DNA of 62,435 nucleotides, counting the filler, from Sphingomonadaceae bacterium (GTDB taxonomy: Bacteria; Chloroflexota; UBA6077), in assembly GCA_050261575.1 (NCBI GenBank). It is 7 parts of 7 records of this genome, joined end to end, with 100 filler letters (N's around TTAATTAATTAA, not from the genome) between each part and the next. Parts side by side here need not be neighbours in the genome. Positions count along the whole stretch, not along the records: positions 22,158 to 36,753 come from JBLNDL010000002.1; positions 36,854 to 48,014 come from JBLNDL010000003.1; 5 more parts are not named here. The stretch is one strand, 5' to 3'. Below, piece by piece: positions 30,159-39,801 of the stretch. Below the pieces are notes generated by a model. That model was given only the letters and a program-made list of their open reading frames with translations. It did no database searches and was not told the DNA's origin. The stretch's first letter is position 1; the number at the start of each line of letters is the position of its first letter. Position numbers and translations under genes: made by a program.

Positions 30159-30241
30159 GAGTCACACTGCTTCCAAGGGAGAGATGTGAGGAGACTCTTG
30201 GGGACACCCCAAACCCCGCCAGGGGCCGCGCTCTGGACCCG

Positions 30242-32926
30242 CTACACATCGAGGTTGCCGGCCGCGGCGAGATGCCTGGCCTGCTTGCGCAGCAAGGCGC
30301 GGCGGGCCTCGGCGTTCTCCTTCGCCATCAGGTCGCTCACCCACTTGCTCGCCAGGGCCGAGTCCTCCATGGTCACCCGCTTCAGCACCCGCTTGGCGGG
30401 ATCCATGGTCGTCTCCCGCAGCTCCGAGGCGTTCATCTCACCCAGCCCCTTGTACCGCTTGAACTCCAGTCCCGCGGCGTCGGGGTGCTCCCTCAGGAAC
30501 TTCTTCCGGGCTTCGTCGTCTGTGAGCCAGATCGTCTTGCCCTTGTACTTCACCGAGTAGAGGGGCGGGCAGCCCAGATAGACGTGCCCGGCCTCGATCA
30601 GCCCCGGCATCTCCTGGTGGAAGAGGGTCAGCAGCAGGCAGACGATGTGGCTCCCGTCCACGTCGGCGTCGGAGAGTATGATGATCTTGTGGAACTTCAG
30701 CTTCTCGATGTCGAAGAGGTGGCGCGTGCCCGTCCCTATCACCGAGATGATGGTCCGGATCTCCTCGTTGTCCAGGATCCGCTGCAGAGAGGCGTTGGCC
30801 ACGTTCAGCGGCTTCCCCTTGAGCGCCAGGATCGCCTGAAACTCGCTCTTTCGCGCCTGCTTCGCGCTGCCGCCAGCGCTCTCACCCTCCACCAGGAACA
30901 GCTCGTTCCGTTCGGGATCGTTTCCGTTGCAGGCGGCGAACTTCTTCGACAGCACCACGTCCACCAGCTCGGAGCCCCTCTTCTGCCCGGTGCGAGCGAG
31001 CTCCTCGGCCATCTGGGCCTCGTTGCGTGCCTTCTGGGCCAGATGGATCTTCTTCAGCCACTCTCTTGCCTGGCTCTGATTGGTCTCGAACCACTCGGCC
31101 AGTCCCTCGGACACCACGGACCGGACTATCCCCTCGACCGGCGCGTTGTTCAGCCGGTTCTTGGTCTGGCCCTGGAACTGCGGATCGGCCAGCTTCACCG
31201 AGATGACCACCGCCAGACCTTGCTGGATCACGTCGGGCTTCAGGGCGTCCTTGGAGCGGTCCTTGATCAGGTTCCACTTGAGGGCGTAGTCGTTGACCAT
31301 CTTGGTCAGGGCAGCCCTGAAGCCGATCTCGTGGGTGCCGCCATCGGGGGTGCGGACACCATTGGCGAAGGAGAGCATCTGCGTCTTGTAGCCCTTGTCG
31401 GGCTGCAGCACCACCTCCACGAAGACGTCGTCCTTCGTCTTGACGATGGAGATCGGGTGGCGGAAGAGGGCACCCGGGCCGGCGGTCTCCAGCATCTTCA
31501 GGTAGTCGGCCAGGCCATTCTGGGAGTGGAGGACGTGGCGAGCCATCCTCCTGGTCTCCTCGTCCCAATAGGACAGCTCGATCCGCAGGCCGCGATTGAG
31601 GCAGGCGGTGGCCTGCAGGCGAGAGACCAGCGTCTCCACATCGTAGGTCGCATCCTCGTCGAAAACCGCGGGGTCCGGCATCCAGCGGATCTGCGTCCCG
31701 TGGAGCGCCGGATCGCACGGCTCGAAGCGGTAGTCCAGCGCCTGCCCCTCCCGGAACCGCTGCTGAAAGTGCTGGCCGTCCCGCCAGATATCCACCTCCA
31801 GCTCGGCGGACAGGGCGTTGATCACCGTGAGGCCAACACCGTGGAGGCCGCCGGCCTGCTTGTAGGCTCCGGGCTCGAACTTGCCGCCGGTGAAGGGCTT
31901 GATGAAGATCCACGTGGCGGTCGGCAGGGTGGCACCACCCCATTCTTTCATGTCGATCGGGATGCCCCGAGCCTCGTCCCGAACGGTCACCCGCCCGTCC
32001 CGGTCGATGGTGATCCACATCTGGCTGCCGAAACCAGCGTTGAACTCGTCGACCACGTTGTCGATGGCCTCGTAGATGAGGTGGAGGAGTCCGGAGGTGG
32101 AGGTGGTGCCGATGTACATGCCCGGCCGCTGCCGGATGTGCTGGACCCCCTCCAGGATCTGGATCTGGTCGCCGGTGTACTCGCCAGAGTCCACGGAGCC
32201 GTTTCCGCTGCCGTGGCCGTTCCGGCCGCTCCCGTTGCCGCTGGGCAGGCCGGCTCCGTTCGCGGGGATCGACGATGGGGCCGCGAGCCGGATCGTGGCA
32301 CCAGCGAAGCCATCCGCCGCCGGGCCTGAGGTCTCGACGGAGACCGGATCGAGGGCCGGGGCGATGGCGGCGCCGCGCCGCGCGCCGGCGGGCTTGCGGG
32401 TTTTCGGGGACTCCGCATCGAGGAGGTCGAGGGACCGTTGGGCCGCTCGGGAAGCGGCGGGCATCCGGCCCGTCGGCTCGACGGCGGAGCGGGTCCGAGG
32501 CGTCTTCTCGGCGGGCGCCGCCTTGCGTCTGGGGGCCTTGGGCGCGACCTTGGTGGAGGGCTCGGCAGACGACGCCTTGGCCGCGGGCTTGGCCGGCGAT
32601 GTCTTGGCCGCGGGCTTCGCTGGCGATGCCTTGGCTGCGGGCTTGGAAGTCGAGCCCTTTCCGGCCGGGCTCTTGACGGCGGGCTTGGCAGCCGAGCCGG
32701 TGGCCCTCGGGGCCTTCTTCGACTCAGCGGGCGAAGATGCCTTCCTCGCCCCCGCGGCCTCCGTGCCCGCCTTCGCGGCCTTGCCCGCTGCCTTGGCCTT
32801 GGCCGCGGCGCGCTTCAGGCGCGCCTCCTGGTCCCAGGACATGACCAACTGCTGCGGATCAGGGTCCTCCAGGACGCTCGGTGCCCTGCGAACCACCCTT
32901 CCCTCGCCAACCACCTTGACGACCAC
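30242..32926 (-). CDS. parE: Type IIA topoisomerase subunit B, ParE-like, with a long Ala/Lys-rich N-terminal extension
   Basis: RPGMYIG, GGLHGVG, VEGESAGG, DADVDG and RYKGLGEM. Start is GTG 32926 (SD GGAGG) or ATG 32842. Confidence 0.85.
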   Translation of the reverse strand: MVVKVVGEGRVVRRAPSVLEDPDPQQLVMSWDQEARLKRAAAKAKAAGKAAKAGTEAAGARKASSPAESKKAPRATGSAAKPAVKSPAGKGSTSKPAAKASPAKPAAKTSPAKPAAKASSAEPSTKVAPKAPRRKAAPAEKTPRTRSAVEPTGRMPAASRAAQRSLDLLDAESPKTRKPAGARRGAAIAPALDPVSVETSGPAADGFAGATIRLAAPSSIPANGAGLPSGNGSGRNGHGSGNGSVDSGEYTGDQIQILEGVQHIRQRPGMYIGTTSTSGLLHLIYEAIDNVVDEFNAGFGSQMWITIDRDGRVTVRDEARGIPIDMKEWGGATLPTATWIFIKPFTGGKFEPGAYKQAGGLHGVGLTVINALSAELEVDIWRDGQHFQQRFREGQALDYRFEPCDPALHGTQIRWMPDPAVFDEDATYDVETLVSRLQATACLNRGLRIELSYWDEETRRMARHVLHSQNGLADYLKMLETAGPGALFRHPISIVKTKDDVFVEVVLQPDKGYKTQMLSFANGVRTPDGGTHEIGFRAALTKMVNDYALKWNLIKDRSKDALKPDVIQQGLAVVISVKLADPQFQGQTKNRLNNAPVEGIVRSVVSEGLAEWFETNQSQAREWLKKIHLAQKARNEAQMAEELARTGQKRGSELVDVVLSKKFAACNGNDPERNELFLVEGESAGGSAKQARKSEFQAILALKGKPLNVANASLQRILDNEEIRTIISVIGTGTRHLFDIEKLKFHKIIILSDADVDGSHIVCLLLTLFHQEMPGLIEAGHVYLGCPPLYSVKYKGKTIWLTDDEARKKFLREHPDAAGLEFKRYKGLGEMNASELRETTMDPAKRVLKRVTMEDSALASKWVSDLMAKENAEARRALLRKQARHLAAAGNLDV

Positions 32927-33122
32927 TATCAGCAACCTCCGTGAACGGTCCGCACCGGAAACTCGCCACGCTACGCCGCTTCCCCACCGGTGGGATTCCC
33001 GTTCTGCGCGACGCGCGCATATTACCAGAAGCGGCCGCGCGACAACACCCTCTTTGCTCGGGAGAGCGGGCACCACCCCTCCGCATCCGCCCTCTCCGCG
33101 CCCATCCCCAGGCAGGCCCAGC

Positions 33123-33176
33123 ATAGAACAACCGTTCTATCTGCGACATTATGTAACACCGCCCCGGAAAGCGCAA
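33123..33176 (-). promoter_or_regulatory. Promoter with LexA (SOS) box upstream of parE
   Basis: ATAGAAC-AACC-GTTCTAT (33123-33140) just downstream of TTGCGC-17 nt-CATAAT. Confidence 0.8.
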
Positions 33177-33323
33177 GGGCCCCGGACACTGCCGCGTGGG
33201 CTGTCCCGAGGGGGCGGTGGAGACGATCTTCACCCCGCCGTACCGGTGAGGGTCGATTCGTTATACAATCGGGCCCGGCCGGGCTGCCGGCCGGACCCTC
33301 ATTTCATCTCCAGGAGGCACCAG

Positions 33324-33749
33324 GTGAACCCTCAGATCTTGGCCCTCTTCACCTCTCTGGCGTGGGGAGTCGGCGGCTTCTTCGAGAAGAAGGGGCTAGC
33401 CCTGGGACACCTCTCGCCCCAGATGGGGATCACCATCCGCACGGCGGTGGCGCTCGTCATCCTCTCCCTCGTCAGCTTCCCAGAGTGGAAGAACCTTCCG
33501 AAGGCCGGACCCCAGGCGCTGACCATGATGGTCGTGGGCGGCGGCGTCGTGGCCGGAGCCTTGGGGATGCTCTGCTTCTACGCCGCGATCAAGGGCGCGC
33601 CGCTCGGCCGCGTCATGCCCATCGCCTTCACCTCCCCCCTGTGGGGCGCCCTCCTGGGCATCCTGCTCGGAGGCGAGCCCCTGACCTGGAAGGTGATCGC
33701 CGGCACCGCAATGACCATCGCGGGCATCGTGATCCTCACCGTGGAGTAA
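33324..33749 (+). CDS. EamA/DMT-family small transporter
   Basis: Five hydrophobic helices and LGGEPLTW. SD AGGAGG. Confidence 0.9.
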   Translation: MNPQILALFTSLAWGVGGFFEKKGLALGHLSPQMGITIRTAVALVILSLVSFPEWKNLPKAGPQALTMMVVGGGVVAGALGMLCFYAAIKGAPLGRVMPIAFTSPLWGALLGILLGGEPLTWKVIAGTAMTIAGIVILTVE

Positions 33750-33820
33750 GCATACATCTCACGATAGAGTGCACGTTTCCCGCGAGAGAAGTCGACATGA
33801 ACTAGAGATACCCGCTTAGG
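33747..33820. repeat. 74-bp dispersed element, copy A
   Basis: Ungapped 59/74 identity to 45857-45930. Confidence 0.8.
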
Positions 33821-34192
33821 TTACCGCCAGCTTCGTGGCTTCGGACCCACGGCATCCACGTCGACCCCCGAGGAAGGGTGCCTCACCCGATTGGAGTCGC
33901 AAACGGCTTAGAAAACGAGGGAATCCGTTCTCTTGCATTGCACCACTCAGGGCACGGAGTAGCCATCTACACCGTCGTAGTTGGGACGGCTCTTCCGCAG
34001 GGAGTGAGGCTATGCTCGATGCTACCGCTGTGTTTAAACGACGTTAGCGCCGGCCAAAGGCCAAGGTTAGTCGAAAACGGACCGCACACCGCGAGAAGAA
34101 CGGTCGAATAACGCCAGGACGCGAGTCTTGCGTTATCAGTTGGCCTGGGTTATGATGCTCTACGATACAATCGAGGGGTGGAGACGAGGACG

Positions 34193-34495
34193 ATGCCCAA
34201 GCTCAATAAGGTGCTCACAGAGGCGGATCTTAGCGCTGCACGGGCCCCGGCGATTATGGACCTAACGCCCTATCTGATGATTATCGACGAAATCAACACC
34301 AAAGGGGGCGTTGGTGGTGAGATCGTGCTCGCGCCTGGCGAAAGCCAGCGAACCGAAAAGAGAAGGCTTAGCCTGGCGGCCAAGCAGCGTGGGTTGAAGC
34401 TTACCTGGCGGAAGTCGCCCCCCGGCGAGCTGAGGTTCGTGCTCTCCTCCCCCGGCCAGCCGGCCCCGGGTGGACGGCGGCGACGAGGCGCCTGA
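34193..34495 (+). CDS. Small basic hypothetical protein
   Basis: 100 aa, SD GAGGA. Confidence 0.7.
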   Translation: MPKLNKVLTEADLSAARAPAIMDLTPYLMIIDEINTKGGVGGEIVLAPGESQRTEKRRLSLAAKQRGLKLTWRKSPPGELRFVLSSPGQPAPGGRRRRGA

Positions 34496-34580
34496 CCCCA
34501 GGAGCTGTCATCGCGAAGCAGCGCGCACCGGCGCCCGCGCGAGTCGCGCGGGCGCCGCTCGATTCCTGGCACCGTGCCGG

Positions 34581-35099
34581 CTAGAGCACCACCTGGACCC
34601 GCAATGGCCGGTCTCCCCGGACGAGCACCAGCGCGAGGTGGGAGCCCGCGGCGAGCCCCTCCAGCACCTTCTCCAGGTCCGCCGCGCTGCTGATCGAGCG
34701 GAAGTTCGCCTCGGTGATGATGTCGCCGGGCTTGATCCCGGCCCGCTCGCCCGGCGACGACGGGGCGACCTTCCCGACGAAGGCCCCGAACACCGGCACC
34801 CCACCGGCCTTCATCGACATCCGGCTGGCGTCGGCGATGGCCAGTCCCAGCGAGGGGCGCCGCTGCGCCGCCTTGCGGATCAGCATCTCCAGCCTCGGCC
34901 TGTCGAACCCCACCACCACCTGGCCGTCCACGGTGATGACCGGCACCCCACGCTGTCCCGACTTCCGCACCATCTCGGCGGCGGCCACGGGGTCTCGCGT
35001 CACATCGATCTCGTCGTACCGAACGCCCATCTGCGAAAGGAACTCTTTCGCTTTGGTACACCAGGGTCAGGTCGGTGTGGTGTATACCGTCACGTCCAT
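34581..35099 (-). CDS. Selenocysteine-containing glutaredoxin (UPWC) fused to a PDZ domain
   Basis: MDVTVYTTPT-UGA-PWCTKAKEFL continues in frame into SGQRGVPVITVDG..VGFD and a PDZ domain (SPGERAGIKPGDII). Hairpin after the UGA. Confidence 0.88.
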
Positions 35100-35349
35100 C
35101 TTTTTACCTCGCAACCCGAGGGGCCGAGCCCCCCCATCTTCCATATGGAATCGTAGCAGTTGCGCGCGGTTCTGCAACTGGGCACCAGGGCTGAGAGAGC
35201 ATCCTTCAGCGCCCAGCACTCAGCACCTCTGGTCGTTGGCACGGCCGCTGCATTTCCTCCTCTCGAGAGACGAGGGGCCGCCGGGCTTCCGAATCCATGC
35301 CCCGCGGGCGCGTAGCGATCCCAACATCAGCAGAACGGACCGAGAGGCG

Positions 35350-36492
35350 ATGAGGCTGAGGCACAGGAGAACGGTATTGGCCGTGGTGGCAGCCCTCACC
35401 CTGCTTGCGCTGCTGGGTCCGCCGCCGACGCCACGCCACGCCTCCGCCGCCCCGCCGCCCGCCGAGGGCTGGACGACCGATCCCACCTATACCCTGGTCC
35501 TCCTCGGTCGAGACGCGGAGAACGGCACCGATCGCTACCTGGCCACGCTGGACTGGGGCGGCAGCTTCTTCGCCATAGGTGCCCAGTCGATGCCGCTGAC
35601 GCCCACGGAGCAGGCCGTGAACCTGGTGATGGACGGGTTCCGCAACGCCTTCCCGGGCCGCCCGCTGGAAGACATCCAACCGGGGGATAGCTGGGACTTC
35701 TACGTGCCGGCGGGGACCTTCGTGACCGCCGAGTGGCGGCAGACCCCGACTTACGTCGAGTATCGATCGCTGCGGGGCGACTCCCTGCTAGTCTACACCA
35801 ACCCCCGAGCCCCCCTTATCCACCGGCTGATCAGAGCGGAGGTCCCCGGCAAGGCCGAGGCGAAGATCAACCTGCAGGCCAACCTCACCCCTCAAGCGCT
35901 TGCCGAAGCCCTCTACGGAGGTGAGGATCCGAACTTCAGTCCGGATTTCCTCCAGCTCACGCGGGCCAAGGGTCTGATAGAGAGCAAGGCCGAGACGGTG
36001 ACGGTCGACCTCTCGCGGACGCACCTGGACGACCTTCGGGAGCTTCGGGCCAACGCTGAGGCAGGGGGCAAGACCGAAGACGGCATGGACGTCTACTGGT
36101 TCCGGAGCGGGGAGCAGGCGCAGCCGCTCTTTCGGGTGGACGACTCGATCGGGGACAGGACCGATCCCACCGGGCTCCCCTCCTTGACGCGGGTCTACTA
36201 CTACAAGAACGGCACGGTGAGGACCTACCAGCGGGCCAGCGAGGCGGTGTTCCTGAGCGGCAGGCAGCCGAGGAATGACGCGTGGTCGAAGGTGTACTCC
36301 GAGTGGGGCCGGCTGGAGCCCTCTCCGACGCGGTGGGAGATCGGCCAGCCGGAGCAGGACGATCTGGCCAACGAGCTGAACAATCTTGGGATCGTGGTGC
36401 TGCGCTTCGAGCCGAAGGATCCGCCGCGGGGCAACTTCTTCACCCATCTGCTGGACATGCTGATGGCGATGATGAAGCGCAAGCAGACTTGA
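35350..36492 (+). CDS. Secreted hypothetical protein
   Basis: Signal peptide, 380 aa. Confidence 0.75.
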   Translation: MRLRHRRTVLAVVAALTLLALLGPPPTPRHASAAPPPAEGWTTDPTYTLVLLGRDAENGTDRYLATLDWGGSFFAIGAQSMPLTPTEQAVNLVMDGFRNAFPGRPLEDIQPGDSWDFYVPAGTFVTAEWRQTPTYVEYRSLRGDSLLVYTNPRAPLIHRLIRAEVPGKAEAKINLQANLTPQALAEALYGGEDPNFSPDFLQLTRAKGLIESKAETVTVDLSRTHLDDLRELRANAEAGGKTEDGMDVYWFRSGEQAQPLFRVDDSIGDRTDPTGLPSLTRVYYYKNGTVRTYQRASEAVFLSGRQPRNDAWSKVYSEWGRLEPSPTRWEIGQPEQDDLANELNNLGIVVLRFEPKDPPRGNFFTHLLDMLMAMMKRKQT

Positions 36493-36568
36493 CCTCAGGA
36501 GCGGGGCTTGGTTATAATAGGTCGTGGCCGAGGCGAGGAGGGGTAGACGGAGAGTCTGCCCGTGTTGC

Positions 36569-36654
36569 GCCGAAGTGGCGGAATCGGCAGACGCGACGGT
36601 CTCAAAAACCGTTGGGTGGCGACACCCGTGGGGGTTCGACCCCCCCCTTCGGCA
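36569..36654 (+). tRNA. tRNA-Leu(CAA)
   Basis: ACGGT-CTCAAAA-ACCGT anticodon arm and long variable arm. Confidence 0.95.
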
Positions 36655-36670
36655 CTGGACAGCCTCACAT

Positions 36671-36745
36671 TCCCTGATAGCTCAACGGTAGAGCGGGCGG
36701 CTGTTAACCGCTAGGTTCGAGGTTCGAATCCTCGTCAGGGAGCCA
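36671..36745 (+). tRNA. tRNA-Asn(GTT)
   Basis: CTGTTAA loop, G discriminator, encoded CCA. Confidence 0.95.
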
Positions 36746-36874
36746 TTTCCCCCNNNNNNNNNNNNNNNNNNNNNNNNNNNNNNNNNNNNNNNNNNNNTTA
36801 ATTAATTAANNNNNNNNNNNNNNNNNNNNNNNNNNNNNNNNNNNNNNNNNNNNCGGCCCCCCGCGCCTCCCGTC

Positions 36875-38515
36875 TCACAGCAGCAGCGACAACAGGACTT
36901 GAGCCACCAGGATCTTGGCGATCATCGCCATGGGGTAGACGGTGGCGTAGCCCACGTTGGGCAGATCGTTGCGGGTCTGCTCCAGCGAGAAGCCGAGCAC
37001 AGCGGGCTGGGTCTGTAGCCCGGAGAGCATGCCGATCAGCACCCCCATGGGAACCCTCATCAGCCTGTAGCCCACCCAGAGGGTTCCGAGCGCGGTGATG
37101 GTGGTGATCGCGGTGCCGGCCAGGAAGATTGGCAGCCCCCCGCCCTGGACAAGCGTGGTGACGAAGGCGTAGCCCGATCGGGTGCCGATACCCGCCAGGA
37201 AGAGCACCAGCCCGATCTGGCGCAGCAGCAGGTTGGCGCTATAGGGCAAGCTCCACACCAGGGGGCCTGTCCGCCCTACCGACCCCAGCACCAGCGCCAC
37301 CACCAGCGGCCCGCCGGCGAACCCCAGCCTGAAGACCACCCCGCCGGGCAGGGGCACCGGGATGATTCCCACCAGCAGCCCGAGCGCCACCCCCAGGCTG
37401 AAGCTGAGGATATCGATCTCGCTCAGCGCCCGGTAGGAATCCCCGAACACGCTGCGCACCTGCTCCAACTCTTCCCGACGGGTCAGCACTCGCACCTGGT
37501 CGCCCAACTCCAGCGTCGTTTCGCCCCGAGGAACATACTCGAAATCGCCGCGCCGGATCCGAGTCACCAGTGCCCCGTAGCGCCGCAGCAGGTCGAGATC
37601 CCGCAGCCGACGGCCGGCCAGCTCGGGATTGGAAACGAACATCCGCCGGTAGTCGAACTCGCTTCGATCGAAGTCGAGTCGATCAGCGAAGGTCTCCCCC
37701 AGATACTGGGTCACCCTGTCCAACTCGTCGAGTGGACCCACTACGCTCAACAGGTCGCCCGGCCGCAGGCGAATCGCCCCTCGAACCAGCATCACGTGGT
37801 CCCCACGCTTCAGCCGGGTGAAGATCACCCCCCACTTCTCCCGGTTGAGCAACTGCTCGATCGTCATGCCCGAGAGGTCGGTGCGGGTAACCCTGACCGT
37901 CCGCGTGTGGAGCCGCTTCTGCTGGGCGAACTCGGGGAGCCCGCGCGCCTCGGCGGCGTAATCCACCCGCCAAAGCCGCTGGGTGAAGATGATGGCCAGG
38001 ATCATGGCGACCACACCCATGGGATAGGTGATGGAGTAGCCGATCACCGGCTCGGCCAGCAGTTGCTCTCTAGCCGCCTCCGGCGCGACGCTCCGGACGT
38101 GCTCCACCACCGCAGCGAGAGCGGGGGTGTTGGTGAGGCTGCCGGCGAACATCCCCGCCGTCACCGCGGGCCCCAGCCCCAGCAGGAAATGGGCGCCCGC
38201 GGCGATGGCCGCCGCGAGGAGGATCATCGCCAGCACCAGCAGGTTGTAGGGTATCCCCTGGCGTTGGAGGGAGGTGAGGAAGCCAGGACCACTGGTCAGG
38301 CCAACGGTGTAGACGAACAGCACCAGCCCCAGGGCGTAGATGATCTCGGGTAGTCTGAGGTTGGGATCCAGTGCCCCTATCGCCAGCCCCACGAACAAGA
38401 CGGTAGCCACCCCCAGATTGACCCCATAGACCTTGACCTGACCAAGGGGATAGCCGATGGCAGCCACCACGAACAACAGCAGCAGCGGGTTGTCGATCAG
38501 GACCTGAATCATCAC
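36875..38515 (-). CDS. AspT/YidE/YbjL-family transporter with TrkA-C domains
   Basis: GSLTNTPAL and GLQTQPAVL duplicated membrane domains. Confidence 0.93.
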   Translation of the reverse strand: MMIQVLIDNPLLLLFVVAAIGYPLGQVKVYGVNLGVATVLFVGLAIGALDPNLRLPEIIYALGLVLFVYTVGLTSGPGFLTSLQRQGIPYNLLVLAMILLAAAIAAGAHFLLGLGPAVTAGMFAGSLTNTPALAAVVEHVRSVAPEAAREQLLAEPVIGYSITYPMGVVAMILAIIFTQRLWRVDYAAEARGLPEFAQQKRLHTRTVRVTRTDLSGMTIEQLLNREKWGVIFTRLKRGDHVMLVRGAIRLRPGDLLSVVGPLDELDRVTQYLGETFADRLDFDRSEFDYRRMFVSNPELAGRRLRDLDLLRRYGALVTRIRRGDFEYVPRGETTLELGDQVRVLTRREELEQVRSVFGDSYRALSEIDILSFSLGVALGLLVGIIPVPLPGGVVFRLGFAGGPLVVALVLGSVGRTGPLVWSLPYSANLLLRQIGLVLFLAGIGTRSGYAFVTTLVQGGGLPIFLAGTAITTITALGTLWVGYRLMRVPMGVLIGMLSGLQTQPAVLGFSLEQTRNDLPNVGYATVYPMAMIAKILVAQVLLSLLL

Positions 38516-38755
38516 GACCGTCCGCAGTCGAAGCCAAAAGCCGCACGACGGGAGCGCATCTGCGAGTGCACCCTACGGGGTATCGATAACCGCACTCAGC
38601 AAGGGTGGTGCCGGGGACGTGCTGCCGGACAGTTGCACCCCGAGCAGGCATCTTCGATCCACGTCGACTCTTCTGCCGGAACGGCTCTTGGCTGATGACG
38701 GAGAGTGAAATGGTGAGTCTCGAATCAGGCCGTAGGCGCGGGTGCGGCTCGCCCG

Positions 38756-39709
38756 CTACTCCGGCATACGTCGCTGCCCCGCCAGGGTGACCATCTCCCC
38801 AGCCATCGCTTTCCCCGGGGAAGCCTTGACCACGCTGACCTGGTGTGGATAGGGGATCTCGATCCCCTCCCGATCGAACGCCTTCTTCACCCTCGCTCGC
38901 AGCGCCCTGGCCACGGCCCACTGCTTGGAGGGGAGGGTCTTCGCCAGCATCCGAAGGGTCACCTGATACTCACCCAACGACTCAACACCCAGCACCTCGG
39001 GGGGCTCGAGCAGCAGCTTCCCCACCTCCTCGTCGGTGGAGAGATCCTCTCCCACCTGCCGCAGCACCTCCAGCGCCCTGTCGATGTCCTCGTCGTAGGA
39101 GATCCCCACGTCCATCACCACCCGCGACCACTCCTTGGTAAAGTTGGTGACCGCCCGCACCTCCCCGTTCGGGATGACGATGATCGATCCATCCAGGGTC
39201 CTGAGGACGGTCCGGCGGAGTTCCAGCCTCTCCACCGACCCCGAGTACTCCCCCACCTTGATGACGTCGTCCACCGAGTACTGGTTCTCCAGCAGGATGA
39301 AGAAGCCGCCCAGCCAGTCCTTGACCAGGTTCTGCGCGCCGAGACCGATGGCGACACCGGCGATGCCTGCGCTGGCCAGCAGGGGAGTGACGTCCCGCCA
39401 AAGCAGGGAGACTAGAGAGAGGGCGGCTATGGTAAAGATGGCGATCCGTCCCGTGGTCTCCACCACCTGGGAGAGGGTCTTGGCCTTCTGGGCCAGCTCT
39501 CGGGCCGGCTCCTTGTCTCGCTGCAACATCATCCGGGCGGTACCTCGCACCGCCAACTGCAGCAGCCATAGGGCCACACCCGTCGTGACGATGATCGCGG
39601 CTATGGACGTCAAGATGGGCCAATTGACCTGCATCGCGGAGATCAGGGCACCCAAGTCCAATAAGACACCTCCGTGGAAAGCTGTCAGCAAGGATATCGT
39701 AGAGGCCAA
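38756..39709 (-). CDS. MscS mechanosensitive channel
   Basis: AGIAGVAIGLGAQNLVKD, IPNG and GIEIPYP. Start uncertain. Confidence 0.93.
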   Translation of the reverse strand: MASTISLLTAFHGGVLLDLGALISAMQVNWPILTSIAAIIVTTGVALWLLQLAVRGTARMMLQRDKEPARELAQKAKTLSQVVETTGRIAIFTIAALSLVSLLWRDVTPLLASAGIAGVAIGLGAQNLVKDWLGGFFILLENQYSVDDVIKVGEYSGSVERLELRRTVLRTLDGSIIVIPNGEVRAVTNFTKEWSRVVMDVGISYDEDIDRALEVLRQVGEDLSTDEEVGKLLLEPPEVLGVESLGEYQVTLRMLAKTLPSKQWAVARALRARVKKAFDREGIEIPYPHQVSVVKASPGKAMAGEMVTLAGQRRMPE

Positions 39710-39801
39710 GCGTGCTACCAGTAGGGCAGCGCGGAGAATGAGCGCCAGAAGCCCGGGCGCCTACGGCCAACCGCTGAAAGCTGACGGCTGGTGGCTAGCT
39801 G

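Noticed and set aside
27750..32926. DNA gyrase gyrA/gyrB
   Set aside because: No intact GyrA-box seen and motifs are divergent, so topoisomerase IV-like is preferred. Phylogeny is needed to settle it.
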